Under the pieces are notes generated by a model. It was not told the DNA's origin and ran no database searches. It saw only the letters and a list, made by a program, of their open reading frames with translations. Shown here in pieces: positions 63,796-64,000 of a DNA stretch of 64,000 nt. Every line of letters starts with the position of its first letter. The first letter of the stretch is position 1. A program made the translations under genes and the position numbers. Source of the stretch: Vicinamibacteria bacterium (GTDB lineage Bacteria > Acidobacteriota > Vicinamibacteria > Marinacidobacterales > Marinacidobacteraceae); the NCBI GenBank assembly GCA_965199715.1, contig OZ241322.1, positions 928,001 to 992,000 of the forward strand, in the 5' to 3' direction.

Positions 63796-64000
63796 GTGAA
63801 TCCCGGCAAGATCATCTGCGTGCACCTCAATTATCGGAGCCGGGTGGAGGAGTTCGGAACCCGCCTCCCGCCGGCGCCGACGTACTTCACGAAGCCGGTC
63901 ACGGCGCTCGTCGGGGACGGCGATCCGGTCGCGCGGCCGCGCGGATGCCGCTACCTGAACTTCGAGGGCGAGATCGTGGCGGTGATCGGCGAACGCTGCC
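63796..64000 (+). CDS. Fumarylacetoacetate hydrolase family protein (partial)
   Basis: PGKIICVHLNY...PTYFTKP...LNFEGEI. Confidence 0.9.
   Translation, partial: MNPGKIICVHLNYRSRVEEFGTRLPPAPTYFTKPVTALVGDGDPVARPRGCRYLNFEGEIVAVIGERC

Overview
Very GC-rich bacterial chromosomal window, plausibly from an Acidobacteriota-like and possibly host-associated organism (inference from gene content only). It has a housekeeping core (two divergent tRNA-Pro genes, merR, der, HU, coaBC, UDG, guaB, secA, ccdA/cytochrome c/TlpA, RNase D) and many secreted hydrolases and transporters. An accessory zone at about 2.1-10.2 kb holds an AbrB-PIN toxin-antitoxin pair, an in-frame ABC-ATPase/PIN fusion, a duplicated membrane gene and a large Cys/Asp-rich surface lipoprotein with a structured leader. 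The best candidates for undescribed biology are: (1) a split catabolic cluster of a gamma-glutamylamide synthetase-like enzyme, a Thr-less P450, an acetoacetate-decarboxylase-fold protein, a LigB/HpaD dioxygenase, a second P450 and an FAH protein; (2) two distant tail-anchored 11-residue-repeat coiled-coil genes that share a 16-bp upstream motif at nearly the same distance from their starts; (3) the mosaic surface lipoprotein locus; (4) repeated -10 boxes 7 nt before start codons, suggesting widespread leaderless mRNAs. About nine eroded genes or fragments are present. No CRISPR array, rRNA, integrase or transposase was seen. All family assignments come from recognising motifs by eye, not from database searches.
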